Source of the DNA: Cytophagales bacterium
Lineage (GTDB): Bacteria; Bacteroidota; Bacteroidia; Cytophagales; JAAEPT01
NCBI GenBank assembly: GCA_024232295.1
Contig: JAAEPT010000154.1
Location: 9,612 to 73,611, forward strand
Direction of reading: 5' to 3'
DNA length: 64,000 bases
The position numbers were made by a program, and so were the translations under genes. Of the stretch, positions 18,700-27,799 are shown one piece after another. Under the pieces are notes generated by a model that was not told where the DNA came from, did not search any database, and saw only the letters and a list, made by a program, of their open reading frames with translations. How positions within the stretch are numbered: position 1 is the stretch's first letter; every line of letters starts with the position of its first letter.

Positions 18700-21225
18700 A
18701 TGCAGATTTCAAATAAACTTTGTGCATTTGTACTAGTTGCACTATGCTCACTATCTACACAAGCACAAAACCCTACAGCAAATATTGCTACTTGGAAAAA
18801 TAATGCTAGTGGTGCCTACTCAATTGTACATGATGATTATGGTTTAGCAATTGCAGATGGAATTTGGCGATATGCTGATACCATTGCTTACAACAGAGGA
18901 ATAAAGTTTGTTTTTGGTGCTTATACTGAGCTTTGTGAAACAAGAGGTATTCAACCAAATGGATATGCGAACTTATATTCTTATGCCAAGAATGTGATGA
19001 TGGAGCAACATGGTCATGAAATTGCTAACCACTCTTATTCTCATGCTTGTGCAGCTGAGAGAGGCTGGGAACCTTGTAAATTTGGTGAAGGAGAAAGTGG
19101 ATGGGGTGAAGCTCCTTATAACTCTGATTTTGATTTGGAGTTAGATTATGCACATAATTCTATTATTAATGGAACAGGATTTACTCCTAGGTATTATGTA
19201 TATCCTTATGATGTATTCTCTAACAAAACAAATGAACGCTTAGAAGAATTGGGTTATTTGGGATCTCGTACTGGTTGGAGTTCTCCTGCTAGTGCAGACC
19301 AATGGCAAGGCTACCACCGAAATGGTTATGAAAATAGTGATTTACCTAATTTCTTCCCCAATAGCAATGGTTTCTTTAGAAATAGTGTAGAGGTATTTAA
19401 TGATGATGATGCAAATTTAAGCAATCAAGGTCAATTGACAGAATTAAACAATGAAATTGACAATATCATTGCAAATAACTTGTACGGAAATAGAGAGTTT
19501 CACAATGTAGGAACTTCTGGTTGGGGGCATGTAAGTGTAGAAGCTTACAGAGGACACATGGATTACCTAAAACAGAAAGTAGATGCAGGTCAGTTATGGG
19601 TAGGTACAGCTTCTGAAATCTTTACATACCAACTTCAAAAATTAAAATACAGACCAAGTATTAACTATAATGATGCAACAGATGAAATTCAGGTTTCTTG
19701 GACTTCTATCAATTCACAATATAATATCAATGTAGGTGATAGATTAGATGAATTAGTAATCAAAACACCAATTACTTTGGTGGTTAATTTAGATGGTTTA
19801 TCTGGAACATGGGATGCTATTCAAAGTTCACAAAAACTAGAGGTTACGCAGAAATCGGGAAAATTATACATAAATGTTTATCCACATGAAGGAAATATTT
19901 TCATTAGACAAAATTCTAATGGTAATACTACTCCTTATGTTGAGAATAAAATTGAAAATCAAAATTTACAAGAAAATTTCGCTCCTTATCAAATCAATTT
20001 GACTTCAGTATTCCAAGATATTGAAACTAGTGATGGAGATCTAATCTATACAGTATTTGGAAACTCAAATATCCAAGTGGATATCATAAATGGAGTTGCT
20101 ACAATCTCTTCTACACAAGACTGGACAGGAAGTGAAACGATTGCTTTTGAAGCAGAAGATGAAGAGGGTTTAAAAGTCTCAAATACTGTGGTATTTACAG
20201 TAAATGGAAGTGGAAACCAAACAGCTTATAATGGACCACATTTCATTCCGGGAAGAATCGAAGCAGAAGATTATGATAATGGTGAAGAAGGTGAAGCATA
20301 TGAAGAAATTTTTAGCCAATATGAAGAGGATCCAAGTAAAAACCCTTACCGTGTTAATCATCCTGTAGACGTAGGTGAAATTTCGCAAGGTAGATTTGGT
20401 GTTGGTCATACTCAAACTGGTGAATGGTTGGAATATACAGTGACTGTTGAAAAAACAGGAATTTATGACTTTATATTTAAAACAGCTCAGGTACAATTCC
20501 AAGGGGTTCCAAATGGAGAAATGCGAATCTTATTGAGTGGTCAAGAAGTACTTCCTGCAGTAACATCTGTTTTTACAGCTGGTTGGGGAGATTATACAGA
20601 TGTTCCCGTTTCTGGTGTTTTCTTAACAGAAGGAAAGCATATCTTCCGTTTAGAATTTACCATAGGAAATGTGAACATTGACTATATTGACATTACACTT
20701 GTGAATGAAGCTCCTTATGTTAACAACAAGCTATCAGATTATAGCTTAGATCAAAACTTTGACGCATTCACAGTAAACTTGAATAATGTATTTGAAGATG
20801 CTGAAACAAATGATGAAGATCTAGTATACTCAGTAACTGGCAACTCAAATATCCAATTCAATATTGATAATGGTATTGCTTCAATCTCGGTAGTGAAAGA
20901 TTGGACTGGAGTTGAGGTAGTAACACTTTCAGCAACTGATGAAGCAGGCTTAACAACTGAACATTTATTAACATTTGATGTAAACCTAGTATCTAATATT
21001 AATGAAAGTATAGTACCAGAAGTTTTCAATATTTATCCTAATCCAAGTACTGGTAGATTTGTAGTAGAAGGAAATGTAGATATCGTGGCTGTGTATAATA
21101 CACAAGGACAATTATTACTTGAGTCTGAAAATAACGAAATCGATCTAAGTACTTATCCTTCTGGATTGTACTTTGTACGCATCAATAATCAAGAGGAAGC
21201 AAAAAGAGTTCTTATCACTAAATAA
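18700..21225 (+). CDS. secreted polysaccharide deacetylase (CE4-like) with CBM6/35-like module, two 88-aa Ig-like repeats and T9SS type-A CTD
   Basis: Signal peptide. NodB-like IVHDDYG and HEIANHSYSH. CBM-like GRIEAEDYDNG...GEWLEYTV. C-terminus IYPNPSTGRFVVEG...GLYFVRI. Confidence 0.8.
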   Translation: MQISNKLCAFVLVALCSLSTQAQNPTANIATWKNNASGAYSIVHDDYGLAIADGIWRYADTIAYNRGIKFVFGAYTELCETRGIQPNGYANLYSYAKNVMMEQHGHEIANHSYSHACAAERGWEPCKFGEGESGWGEAPYNSDFDLELDYAHNSIINGTGFTPRYYVYPYDVFSNKTNERLEELGYLGSRTGWSSPASADQWQGYHRNGYENSDLPNFFPNSNGFFRNSVEVFNDDDANLSNQGQLTELNNEIDNIIANNLYGNREFHNVGTSGWGHVSVEAYRGHMDYLKQKVDAGQLWVGTASEIFTYQLQKLKYRPSINYNDATDEIQVSWTSINSQYNINVGDRLDELVIKTPITLVVNLDGLSGTWDAIQSSQKLEVTQKSGKLYINVYPHEGNIFIRQNSNGNTTPYVENKIENQNLQENFAPYQINLTSVFQDIETSDGDLIYTVFGNSNIQVDIINGVATISSTQDWTGSETIAFEAEDEEGLKVSNTVVFTVNGSGNQTAYNGPHFIPGRIEAEDYDNGEEGEAYEEIFSQYEEDPSKNPYRVNHPVDVGEISQGRFGVGHTQTGEWLEYTVTVEKTGIYDFIFKTAQVQFQGVPNGEMRILLSGQEVLPAVTSVFTAGWGDYTDVPVSGVFLTEGKHIFRLEFTIGNVNIDYIDITLVNEAPYVNNKLSDYSLDQNFDAFTVNLNNVFEDAETNDEDLVYSVTGNSNIQFNIDNGIASISVVKDWTGVEVVTLSATDEAGLTTEHLLTFDVNLVSNINESIVPEVFNIYPNPSTGRFVVEGNVDIVAVYNTQGQLLLESENNEIDLSTYPSGLYFVRINNQEEAKRVLITK
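19939..20202 (+). repeat. intragenic 88-codon repeat, copy 1
   Basis: VENKIENQNLQENFAPYQINLTSVFQDIETSDGDLIYTVFGNSNIQVDIINGVATISSTQDWTGSETIAFEAEDEEGL...FTV. Both copies are preceded by the same 11-mer, CTCCTTATGTT. Confidence 0.8.
20719..20982 (+). repeat. intragenic 88-codon repeat, copy 2
   Basis: VNNKLSDYSLDQNFDAFTVNLNNVFEDAETNDEDLVYSVTGNSNIQFNIDNGIASISVVKDWTGVEVVTLSATDEAGL...FDV. Same length as copy 1; the two flank the CBM-like module. Confidence 0.8.
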
Positions 21226-21242
21226 AACCAACTTTCTTCCAC

Positions 21243-21281
21243 AAAAAAGCCATTGTTACTAAAATGTAACAATGGCTTTTT
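21243..21281. terminator. bidirectional terminator (AGCCATTG hairpin family)
   Basis: AAAAAGCCATTGTTAC-taaaat-GTAACAATGGCTTTTT between convergent genes. Confidence 0.7.
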
Positions 21282-21300
21282 ATTTTCTATTATTTCAATT

Positions 21301-22794
21301 TTATTGTTGATTCAAATCTTCATCATCAAAGTCATAATCAATATCTAAACCACTCATAATGTCTGAGAACTTAATTGCCTTCTCCAAAGCTTGTTTAGAA
21401 AGTCGTGAATATTCAGCTAATCCATGAAGTAAGAATTCCATCATTAATGGAATATACTCCTCCTTCTCATCCTTTAAATATTGTTTAGCTGCTGCTTCAA
21501 GTCCAGGAACCGACTTTAGTCTCTTTTCATACTCTTCATTCGAGAGATCATTTGGTATTTCAAGAAGATTACCACTATTAAACCACTTCACAATAGGTTC
21601 ATAAGGATTATTTTCTAATTTTTTAGTATTTGTAGGATCTGGAAAATAATCTCCAAACAACGTTCTTAATGCCTTATTCATAATGAAATAGGCAACATTA
21701 GACATTCCTTCTAATTCTCCTTCGTACACCAATTCTAGTTTCCCTGTAACCGCAGGAACAGCTGCAAAAATATCAGAAATACGTGAAATTGTATGAGTTT
21801 CACCATTGAGCAATGTTCTTCTTTCTGCTGAACTATGCATTAATTCATAAGCTGCAATTGTCAAACGAGCAGATACCCCACTTTTTTGATCAACATAATC
21901 ACTTTCACGTGCTTCAAAAGCTGTTTGTTCAAGTAAATCATGAACCAAAGGATGAACATCTAATAACTCTCTCTGTTCTGTAGATAATTGGGCTTCCTGA
22001 ACCGTAATTTTCTTAGAAAGCTCAATCGTTTTTGGATAATGAGTTAAAATTTGGCTTTCAATACGATCTTTTAAAGGAGTGATAATACTTCCTCTATTTG
22101 TATAATCTTCTGGGTTTGCTGTAAAAACAAACTGAACATCTAAATCAAATCGTAACTTAAACCCTCTAATCTGAATATCCTTTTCTTGTAACATATTGAA
22201 TAAGGATACTTGAATTCTAGCTTGCAAATCAGGCAATTCATTGATCACAAATATTCCACGATTTGCTCTTGGAATCATTCCAAAATGAATCACACGCTCA
22301 TCCCCAAAACTCAACTTTAAGTTAGCTGCTTTGATTGGGTCAATATCCCCTACTAAATCTGCTACAGACACATCTGGAGTTGCCAATTTTTCACTATATC
22401 GCTCACTTTTATGTATCCAGTCAATAGGTGTTTCATCTCCTTTTTCTTCAATAAGAGATTTAGCATAATTAGATACAGGAGCTAAGGGATCATCTTGCAA
22501 TTCTGAATTTGCGACAATAGGCATCCAGTCATCCAATAAATTAGCCATTAGACGTGCCATTTTTGTTTTGGCTTGCCCTCTTAACCCTAAGAATAATACA
22601 TTGTGTTTTGATAATATTGCACTTTGTAATTGAGGTATTACTGAATCTTCATAACCTTCAATACCATCAAAAAAGGTTTTGTCTTTAGACTTAAGGATTT
22701 TAATCAAGTTTTCACGTAATTCTTCTTTTACTGTACGTGATGTATAACCAGATTTTTTTAGTTCTGCTAAAGTTGTTATTGCAGGTTTATTCAT
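21301..22794 (-). CDS. AAA+ ATPase, Mg-chelatase subunit I (BchI/ChlI)-like / sigma-54-interaction-domain-like
   Basis: 497 aa. P-loop-like LFLGLRGQAKTKMARL. ANRGIFVINELPDL aligns by eye with ChlI ANRGILYVDEVNLL (Walker B). Start overlaps the vWA gene stop. Confidence 0.75.
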   Translation of the reverse strand: MNKPAITTLAELKKSGYTSRTVKEELRENLIKILKSKDKTFFDGIEGYEDSVIPQLQSAILSKHNVLFLGLRGQAKTKMARLMANLLDDWMPIVANSELQDDPLAPVSNYAKSLIEEKGDETPIDWIHKSERYSEKLATPDVSVADLVGDIDPIKAANLKLSFGDERVIHFGMIPRANRGIFVINELPDLQARIQVSLFNMLQEKDIQIRGFKLRFDLDVQFVFTANPEDYTNRGSIITPLKDRIESQILTHYPKTIELSKKITVQEAQLSTEQRELLDVHPLVHDLLEQTAFEARESDYVDQKSGVSARLTIAAYELMHSSAERRTLLNGETHTISRISDIFAAVPAVTGKLELVYEGELEGMSNVAYFIMNKALRTLFGDYFPDPTNTKKLENNPYEPIVKWFNSGNLLEIPNDLSNEEYEKRLKSVPGLEAAAKQYLKDEKEEYIPLMMEFLLHGLAEYSRLSKQALEKAIKFSDIMSGLDIDYDFDDEDLNQQ

Positions 22795-23891
22795 TATCGA
22801 AGTGTTTTCTTTCTGTTTTTAATAAAGTCTTCAAATACATACTCCCCAAGATTATCAAGAGAACTATAATAAGCTCTACCATTATTGGTTTCTGTAAATT
22901 CTCTTACAAACTGTTGTAAATAAGGATCACTGGCAATCATAAAAGTAGTGATAGGAATTCCTAACTTTCTAAATTGTGCTGCCATCTGCATGGTTTTATT
23001 GATCACTTTACGATCCAAACCAAAGCTATTTTTATAATACTTTGAGCCAATCTTTAAGCATGTAGGTTTTCCATCAGTAATCATCACTACCTGCTTATTA
23101 GGCGTTTTTTTCTTTTTTAGAATATTAAGAGCTAACTCTAATCCAGCATAAGTATTTGTATGATAAGGACCAACCTTCAAATAAGGCAATTCCTTCTTGG
23201 TAATTGGCCAAGCATCATTTCCAAATACTACATAATCAACTGTGTCCCCTGGATATTTGGTAGAAATAAGTTCACTAAGTGCCATTGCTACTTTTTTGGC
23301 AGGAGTAATTCGATCTTCACCATAAAGAATCATAGAATGAGAAATATCAATCATTACAACAGTCGCTATTCCTGATTTATGAGATTTTTCCTCTATTTCT
23401 AAATCATCATGAGTAAGTTGAAAAGAATCAATACCATGATTAATTTGAGCATTTCGAATGGATCGATTAAAATCTATTTGGTCAGATAAGTCTCCATATT
23501 CAAAAGGGCGAAACTCTGAAGTTTTTTCATCACCAATACCTGTTTGGTTTGTTCGGTGATTTCCTTTGTTTCCTTTTTGGAGTTTACCAAATATTTCTTC
23601 CAAAGCACTTTTGCGTATTGTTTGTTCTGACTTAGCAGTTATCTCAAATTCACCTTTTCCAGTTTTATCTGATAAATAACCTTGTTCTTTCAAATCTTGA
23701 ATGAAGTCTCCAACTCCATAAGCAGCATTGCTAAGACCATAGCGGTTATCTACCTGTGTGAGTAGATCTAGTGCATCAGTCACATCTCCAGCAGTATAAT
23801 TAAGAATTTCGAAGAATACTTTCTTAAAATTCTCAAAACCCGCTTTTTCGTCAGATTCGGGTATATATGGGGTAAATAAAAAGCCTTTCAT
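22794..23891 (-). CDS. von Willebrand factor type A domain protein
   Basis: MIDAS motif VVMIDISHSM, downstream ...VVMITDGKPT. Translationally coupled to the AAA+ gene. Confidence 0.8.
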   Translation of the reverse strand: MKGFLFTPYIPESDEKAGFENFKKVFFEILNYTAGDVTDALDLLTQVDNRYGLSNAAYGVGDFIQDLKEQGYLSDKTGKGEFEITAKSEQTIRKSALEEIFGKLQKGNKGNHRTNQTGIGDEKTSEFRPFEYGDLSDQIDFNRSIRNAQINHGIDSFQLTHDDLEIEEKSHKSGIATVVMIDISHSMILYGEDRITPAKKVAMALSELISTKYPGDTVDYVVFGNDAWPITKKELPYLKVGPYHTNTYAGLELALNILKKKKTPNKQVVMITDGKPTCLKIGSKYYKNSFGLDRKVINKTMQMAAQFRKLGIPITTFMIASDPYLQQFVREFTETNNGRAYYSSLDNLGEYVFEDFIKNRKKTLR

Positions 23892-23946
23892 TGTGTTAAA
23901 AACAATATTTTAGAAAAAAAGTTTATTGACGGAAGTTATACTAAAC

Positions 23947-23977
23947 TTTTCAAGTTTGAATATATCAAACTTAAAAG
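23947..23977 (-). promoter_or_regulatory. inverted repeat upstream of the vWA/AAA+ operon
   Basis: CTTTTcAAGTTTGA-atata-TCAAACTTAAAAG (13-bp arms with one bulge), 56-86 nt upstream of the start at 23891. Confidence 0.3.
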
Positions 23978-24017
23978 AAAAAAAGCCATTGTTACTAAAT
24001 GTAGCAATGGCTTTTTT
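23978..24017 (-). terminator. terminator (AGCCATTG hairpin family)
   Basis: AAAAAAAGCCATTGTTAC-taaat-GTAGCAATGGCTTTTTT, downstream of the 24060 stop. Confidence 0.65.
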
Positions 24018-24059
24018 ATAGAAAATAGACCAATATTTATAAAAATATCATCTCTTTTA

Positions 24060-24647
24060 TTACTTCAATTGATCAACTACCTCTTGTAATCCTGTTGGAT
24101 CAATCATAAAAGTATAAGTAGTAGATTCTGACTCAACATTTACTTCTAATTTCAAAGGAGCTTTCTCACTTAACATTTCATTGATTAATAAGCCTTTTGT
24201 ATCATTCAACATACTCTCTGCGAAAGTCTGCTCTAGTTCTTTTACAGTTCCATCTTCTTTTTGAATTTTAACAATTGCTGAAGGATTATCTGGTAAAGGA
24301 ACTGAATGACCAGTAAGTCGAGAAAATGCTGATTGTAACATCAACCCTTCTTCTTCTTTCAAAATCTGCATAATAGAGAAGATATTTATTGTATCACTCT
24401 CTGTCATCATCTTACCTTGTATAGACCCAACAACTGCAGATACATCTTTCATCTCCCCATCAGACTCTTTTTTAAACGTCTCTACTTTCCAAATTTCTTT
24501 CTTTTCTTGCTCAACTTTTTCAGTATTTTCAAGAACCTGTGCTACAGTTCCTTCTGGTGTTTGATTATCAGGTGTTTTTTGAGTTGGTGAGCAATAAACC
24601 AATAATGTAGCGGATATAAGTATTAAAAAACCTCTTAAATAATTCAT
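24060..24647 (-). CDS. hypothetical lipoprotein
   Basis: N-terminus MNYLRGFLILISATLLVYCSP (lipobox-like). No other motif. Confidence 0.5.
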   Translation of the reverse strand: MNYLRGFLILISATLLVYCSPTQKTPDNQTPEGTVAQVLENTEKVEQEKKEIWKVETFKKESDGEMKDVSAVVGSIQGKMMTESDTINIFSIMQILKEEEGLMLQSAFSRLTGHSVPLPDNPSAIVKIQKEDGTVKELEQTFAESMLNDTKGLLINEMLSEKAPLKLEVNVESESTTYTFMIDPTGLQEVVDQLK

Positions 24648-24827
24648 AATTTTGCATTTAGTATTGTTCTTAGAACGTAGCTGTCATTATTTGGTTATCA
24701 TAAATAATAATTTTATAGATTATTCTTATCAGATAATTTTTTACGTTTATTATTTAAATAGAAAACTCTTCAAAAACACGATATACAGTGTCTCTAAAGA
24801 ATTTTCAACTATTCTAATAAGAGTTAA

Positions 24828-25910
24828 TTATACAAAAGGTAATTTCACAACCTCAGCCTTCAATACTCTTTTGCGAACTTGTACAAAAATCTCTATTCCT
24901 ACCTTTGTAAAATCGGTTTGAACATAAGCCAAACCAATCCCATAGCCCAAACTTGGAGACATTGTTCCAGAAGTTACCTGTCCAATTTCTTCACCCTCTT
25001 CATTCAATAAGTTATATCCTTGTCTTGGAATCCCTTTGTCAATCATTTTGAAGGCAACCAGTTTCTTACTTACACCCTCTTCTTTTTGAGCTTTTAAGTT
25101 TTCAGCATTTACAAAGTCTTTGCTAAACTTCGTAATCCATGATAAACCAGCTTCGATTGGTGAAGTAGTATCATTAATATCATTTCCATACAAGCAATAC
25201 CCTTTTTCTAATCGCAAAGTATCTCTTGCACCCAATCCAATTGGTTTAATTTCAAACTCCTCTCCTGCTTCAAAAATCAAATTCCACAGCTGTTCTGCTT
25301 CTTCATTTTTGACCAATATCTCAAAACCACCAGAACCTGTATAACCTGTTCCTGCCAACATCACATTTTTAACAGTTCCCAAATCTACATAATCGAATGT
25401 ATAATATTTGATGGCTGATAGATCTTGCGTACTTAGTTTTTGTAAAGTAGCCACTGCTTTTGGACCTTGTACAGCAAAAAGAGCATAATCATCTGAAAGA
25501 TTATTCATTTCTACTCCTTCTGTGTTATACTTTTGAATCCAATCCCAATCCTTTTGAATATTAGATGCATTTACAACCAAAAAGTAATGATTTTCTTTGA
25601 TTCGATACACCAATAAATCATCTATAATTCCACCCGTTTCATTTGGCAGACAAGAATATTGTACTTGCCCATCTACCAATTTAGAAACATCATTTGAAGT
25701 TACTTTTTGCAATAAATCAAGTACCTTTTCTCCTTTCAGCTCAAACTCTCCCATGTGAGAAACATCAAATACTCCTACTCCATTTCGTACAGTATTGTGC
25801 TCTTCAATATCCGAACTATAACGCACAGGCATATTGTACCCTGCAAAAGGAACCATCTTTGCTCCCAAAGCAATGTGTTTGTCATTAAGTGCTACTTGCT
25901 TTAAATCCAT
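24828..25910 (-). CDS. gcvT: glycine cleavage system aminomethyltransferase T
   Basis: MDLKQVALNDKHIALGAKMVPFAGYNMPVRY...FDVSHMGEF. Start at ATG 25910 avoids overlap with rnhB. Confidence 0.95.
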   Translation of the reverse strand: MDLKQVALNDKHIALGAKMVPFAGYNMPVRYSSDIEEHNTVRNGVGVFDVSHMGEFELKGEKVLDLLQKVTSNDVSKLVDGQVQYSCLPNETGGIIDDLLVYRIKENHYFLVVNASNIQKDWDWIQKYNTEGVEMNNLSDDYALFAVQGPKAVATLQKLSTQDLSAIKYYTFDYVDLGTVKNVMLAGTGYTGSGGFEILVKNEEAEQLWNLIFEAGEEFEIKPIGLGARDTLRLEKGYCLYGNDINDTTSPIEAGLSWITKFSKDFVNAENLKAQKEEGVSKKLVAFKMIDKGIPRQGYNLLNEEGEEIGQVTSGTMSPSLGYGIGLAYVQTDFTKVGIEIFVQVRKRVLKAEVVKLPFV

Positions 25911-25914
25911 ATCT

Positions 25915-26529
25915 TTATTTTTCAAATAAACTGAGTTGTGCATTGTCCTTATCTTTCAATAAGGTAAATGATTGACGGTGATAAGGAGAAACTCCATACT
26001 TTTCAATCCCTTCTCTGTGCTTTTTTGTTGGGTATCCTGCATTACTTTCCCAACCATATACATCATATTCTTTGGCAAGTTCTTCCATCAATTCATCTCT
26101 GTAAGTTTTTGCCAAAATAGAAGCTGCTGCAATTGACAAAAATTTTGCATCTCCTTTAACAACACAAGTATGAGGAATTTCCTTGTAAGCATGAAAGCGA
26201 TTTCCATCAACCAATAATAATTCTGGTTCTTGGTTCAATCCATCTAATGCTTTGTGCATTGCTAAGAAAGAAGCATTCAAAATATTAATTTCATCAATCT
26301 TAGTGTGTGAAACTTCTGCTACACAATAAGCTAAGGCATCTTTCTGAATATCTTCTCTTAACTGAGTTCTTGCTTTTTTGCTCAATTTCTTTGAATCATT
26401 TAATAATTCATGTGTGTAATCTTTGGGCAAAATAACTGCTGCTGCTACCACAGGACCAGCCAAACAACCTCTTCCTACTTCATCAAGTCCTGCCTCTACC
26501 TTATCTTTTGTAAATTGTGATGCTAACAC
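25915..26529 (-). CDS. rnhB: ribonuclease HII
   Basis: AGLDEVGRGCLAGPVVAAAVIL and DSKKLS motifs. GTG start. Confidence 0.9.
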   Translation of the reverse strand: MLASQFTKDKVEAGLDEVGRGCLAGPVVAAAVILPKDYTHELLNDSKKLSKKARTQLREDIQKDALAYCVAEVSHTKIDEINILNASFLAMHKALDGLNQEPELLLVDGNRFHAYKEIPHTCVVKGDAKFLSIAAASILAKTYRDELMEELAKEYDVYGWESNAGYPTKKHREGIEKYGVSPYHRQSFTLLKDKDNAQLSLFEK

Positions 26530-26601
26530 TTTTTATAACTGATTTTTGTCTTTGCAAAGGTATGAATTTTCACATAACTTGCCTTCCTAAATAATGAGCT
26601 G

Positions 26602-27150
26602 ATGAAAAACCCTTGGAAAAAATTAAGTACAAAATTCATTTATGAAAACCCTTGGATTGAAGTGAAAGAGGACAAAGTAATTAACCCTAGTGGAAATGAA
26701 GGGATTTATGGTACAGTCCATTTCAAAAATAAGGCTATTGCTGTTGTACCCATTGATGATGAGGGAAATACTTATTTGGTAGGGCAATATCGCTATCCTT
26801 TGGATATTTATTCTTGGGAAATTCCTATGGGTGGAGGCTTAAATGCTGATGATATTTTAGATTCAGCCAAAAGAGAGCTAAAAGAAGAAACAGGGCTTAT
26901 TGCCAAAAAATGGCAAAATATTGCCAAAATACATACTTCTAATTCTGTGACTGATGAAGAAGGGTTTATCTTCGTGGCTACTGATCTACAACAAGGAGAA
27001 TCTGAACCAGAAGATACAGAAGACTTAATCGTAAAAAAACTTCCTTTTGAAGAAGCTATAGCAATGACAATGCGTGGAGAAATTACAGATGCAATCAGTA
27101 TTTCAGCCATCTTAAAGGTTGAACTTATGAGACAAAGAGGAGAACTTTAA
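26602..27150 (+). CDS. NUDIX hydrolase (ADP-ribose pyrophosphatase-like)
   Basis: Nudix box GGGLNADDILDSAKRELKEETGL. Confidence 0.85.
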   Translation: MKNPWKKLSTKFIYENPWIEVKEDKVINPSGNEGIYGTVHFKNKAIAVVPIDDEGNTYLVGQYRYPLDIYSWEIPMGGGLNADDILDSAKRELKEETGLIAKKWQNIAKIHTSNSVTDEEGFIFVATDLQQGESEPEDTEDLIVKKLPFEEAIAMTMRGEITDAISISAILKVELMRQRGEL

Positions 27151-27152
27151 TC

Positions 27153-27722
27153 TTATTTTTTCTTTTGATTATAAGCCTTTACAATTTGTTGTAAGTGTTT
27201 GTACTTCCACTTCTTTGTTTTTAATTGTTGGTAAATAAATGGTTGGTTTTCGAAGAATTTCATCATCTTTTTTCGGAAACCGAATTTCTTAATCAAAGTA
27301 GGTTCCTTTTCTCCCTCTGCAAGTAAATAATAATCTGTCTGAATATAAGAATTAGATAATTTTTGTCCTGTTGGCTCACTTTGAATCCAATAATCAAATT
27401 GTAATAATGTTAGGTTTCCTTGCTCAATTACTTGCATAAACCCCATCATCCCTCCTATTAATTGAATTGGTCGTTCATATTTTAACTTCACAAAATACAA
27501 ACTATCTTTTTGATAAGCGACTACACTGTCTTTATCAATAATTCTTGTGACATCATTTTGTCGAAAGCTTAAGATTCTCATTGACTTTTTCTTAGAGAAA
27601 TCATCATTAACCTCTCCTTGTAGAGTATCACCACTAATCATAATTACCCAACCTTTTTGAAACTCTTGAGCAAAAACTAGAGAACTCAAACAATACAAAC
27701 ACAAGAATAAAAAACGCTTCAT
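27153..27722 (-). CDS. hypothetical secreted protein
   Basis: Signal peptide MKRFLFLCLYCLSSLVFAQ. No motif. Confidence 0.5.
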   Translation of the reverse strand: MKRFLFLCLYCLSSLVFAQEFQKGWVIMISGDTLQGEVNDDFSKKKSMRILSFRQNDVTRIIDKDSVVAYQKDSLYFVKLKYERPIQLIGGMMGFMQVIEQGNLTLLQFDYWIQSEPTGQKLSNSYIQTDYYLLAEGEKEPTLIKKFGFRKKMMKFFENQPFIYQQLKTKKWKYKHLQQIVKAYNQKKK

Positions 27723-27768
27723 TTCAGTACAATTTTGAACGAATATACACAGATTCGAGGGAAATTTG

Positions 27769-27776
27769 TAATTTTG
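27769..27776 (+). promoter_or_regulatory. candidate -7 promoter box (TAnnTTTG)
   Basis: TAATTTTG overlaps the track's GTG start, which argues for ATG 27794 or 27800 as the true queA start. Confidence 0.35.
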
Positions 27777-27799
27777 TGCTTCAACTTATCCTCATGTTT

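Noticed and set aside
24652-24921. 89-aa plus-strand ORF across an AT-rich spacer into the 3' end of gcvT
   Set aside because: The product is low-complexity and rich in Ile, Asn and Tyr. It overlaps the gcvT C-terminus and has no motif. The region is more simply the promoter and spacer of the 24060..24647 gene.
25911-25943. Glycine riboswitch upstream of gcvT
   Set aside because: gcvT starts 5 nt after the rnhB stop, so there is no non-coding leader that could hold a riboswitch.
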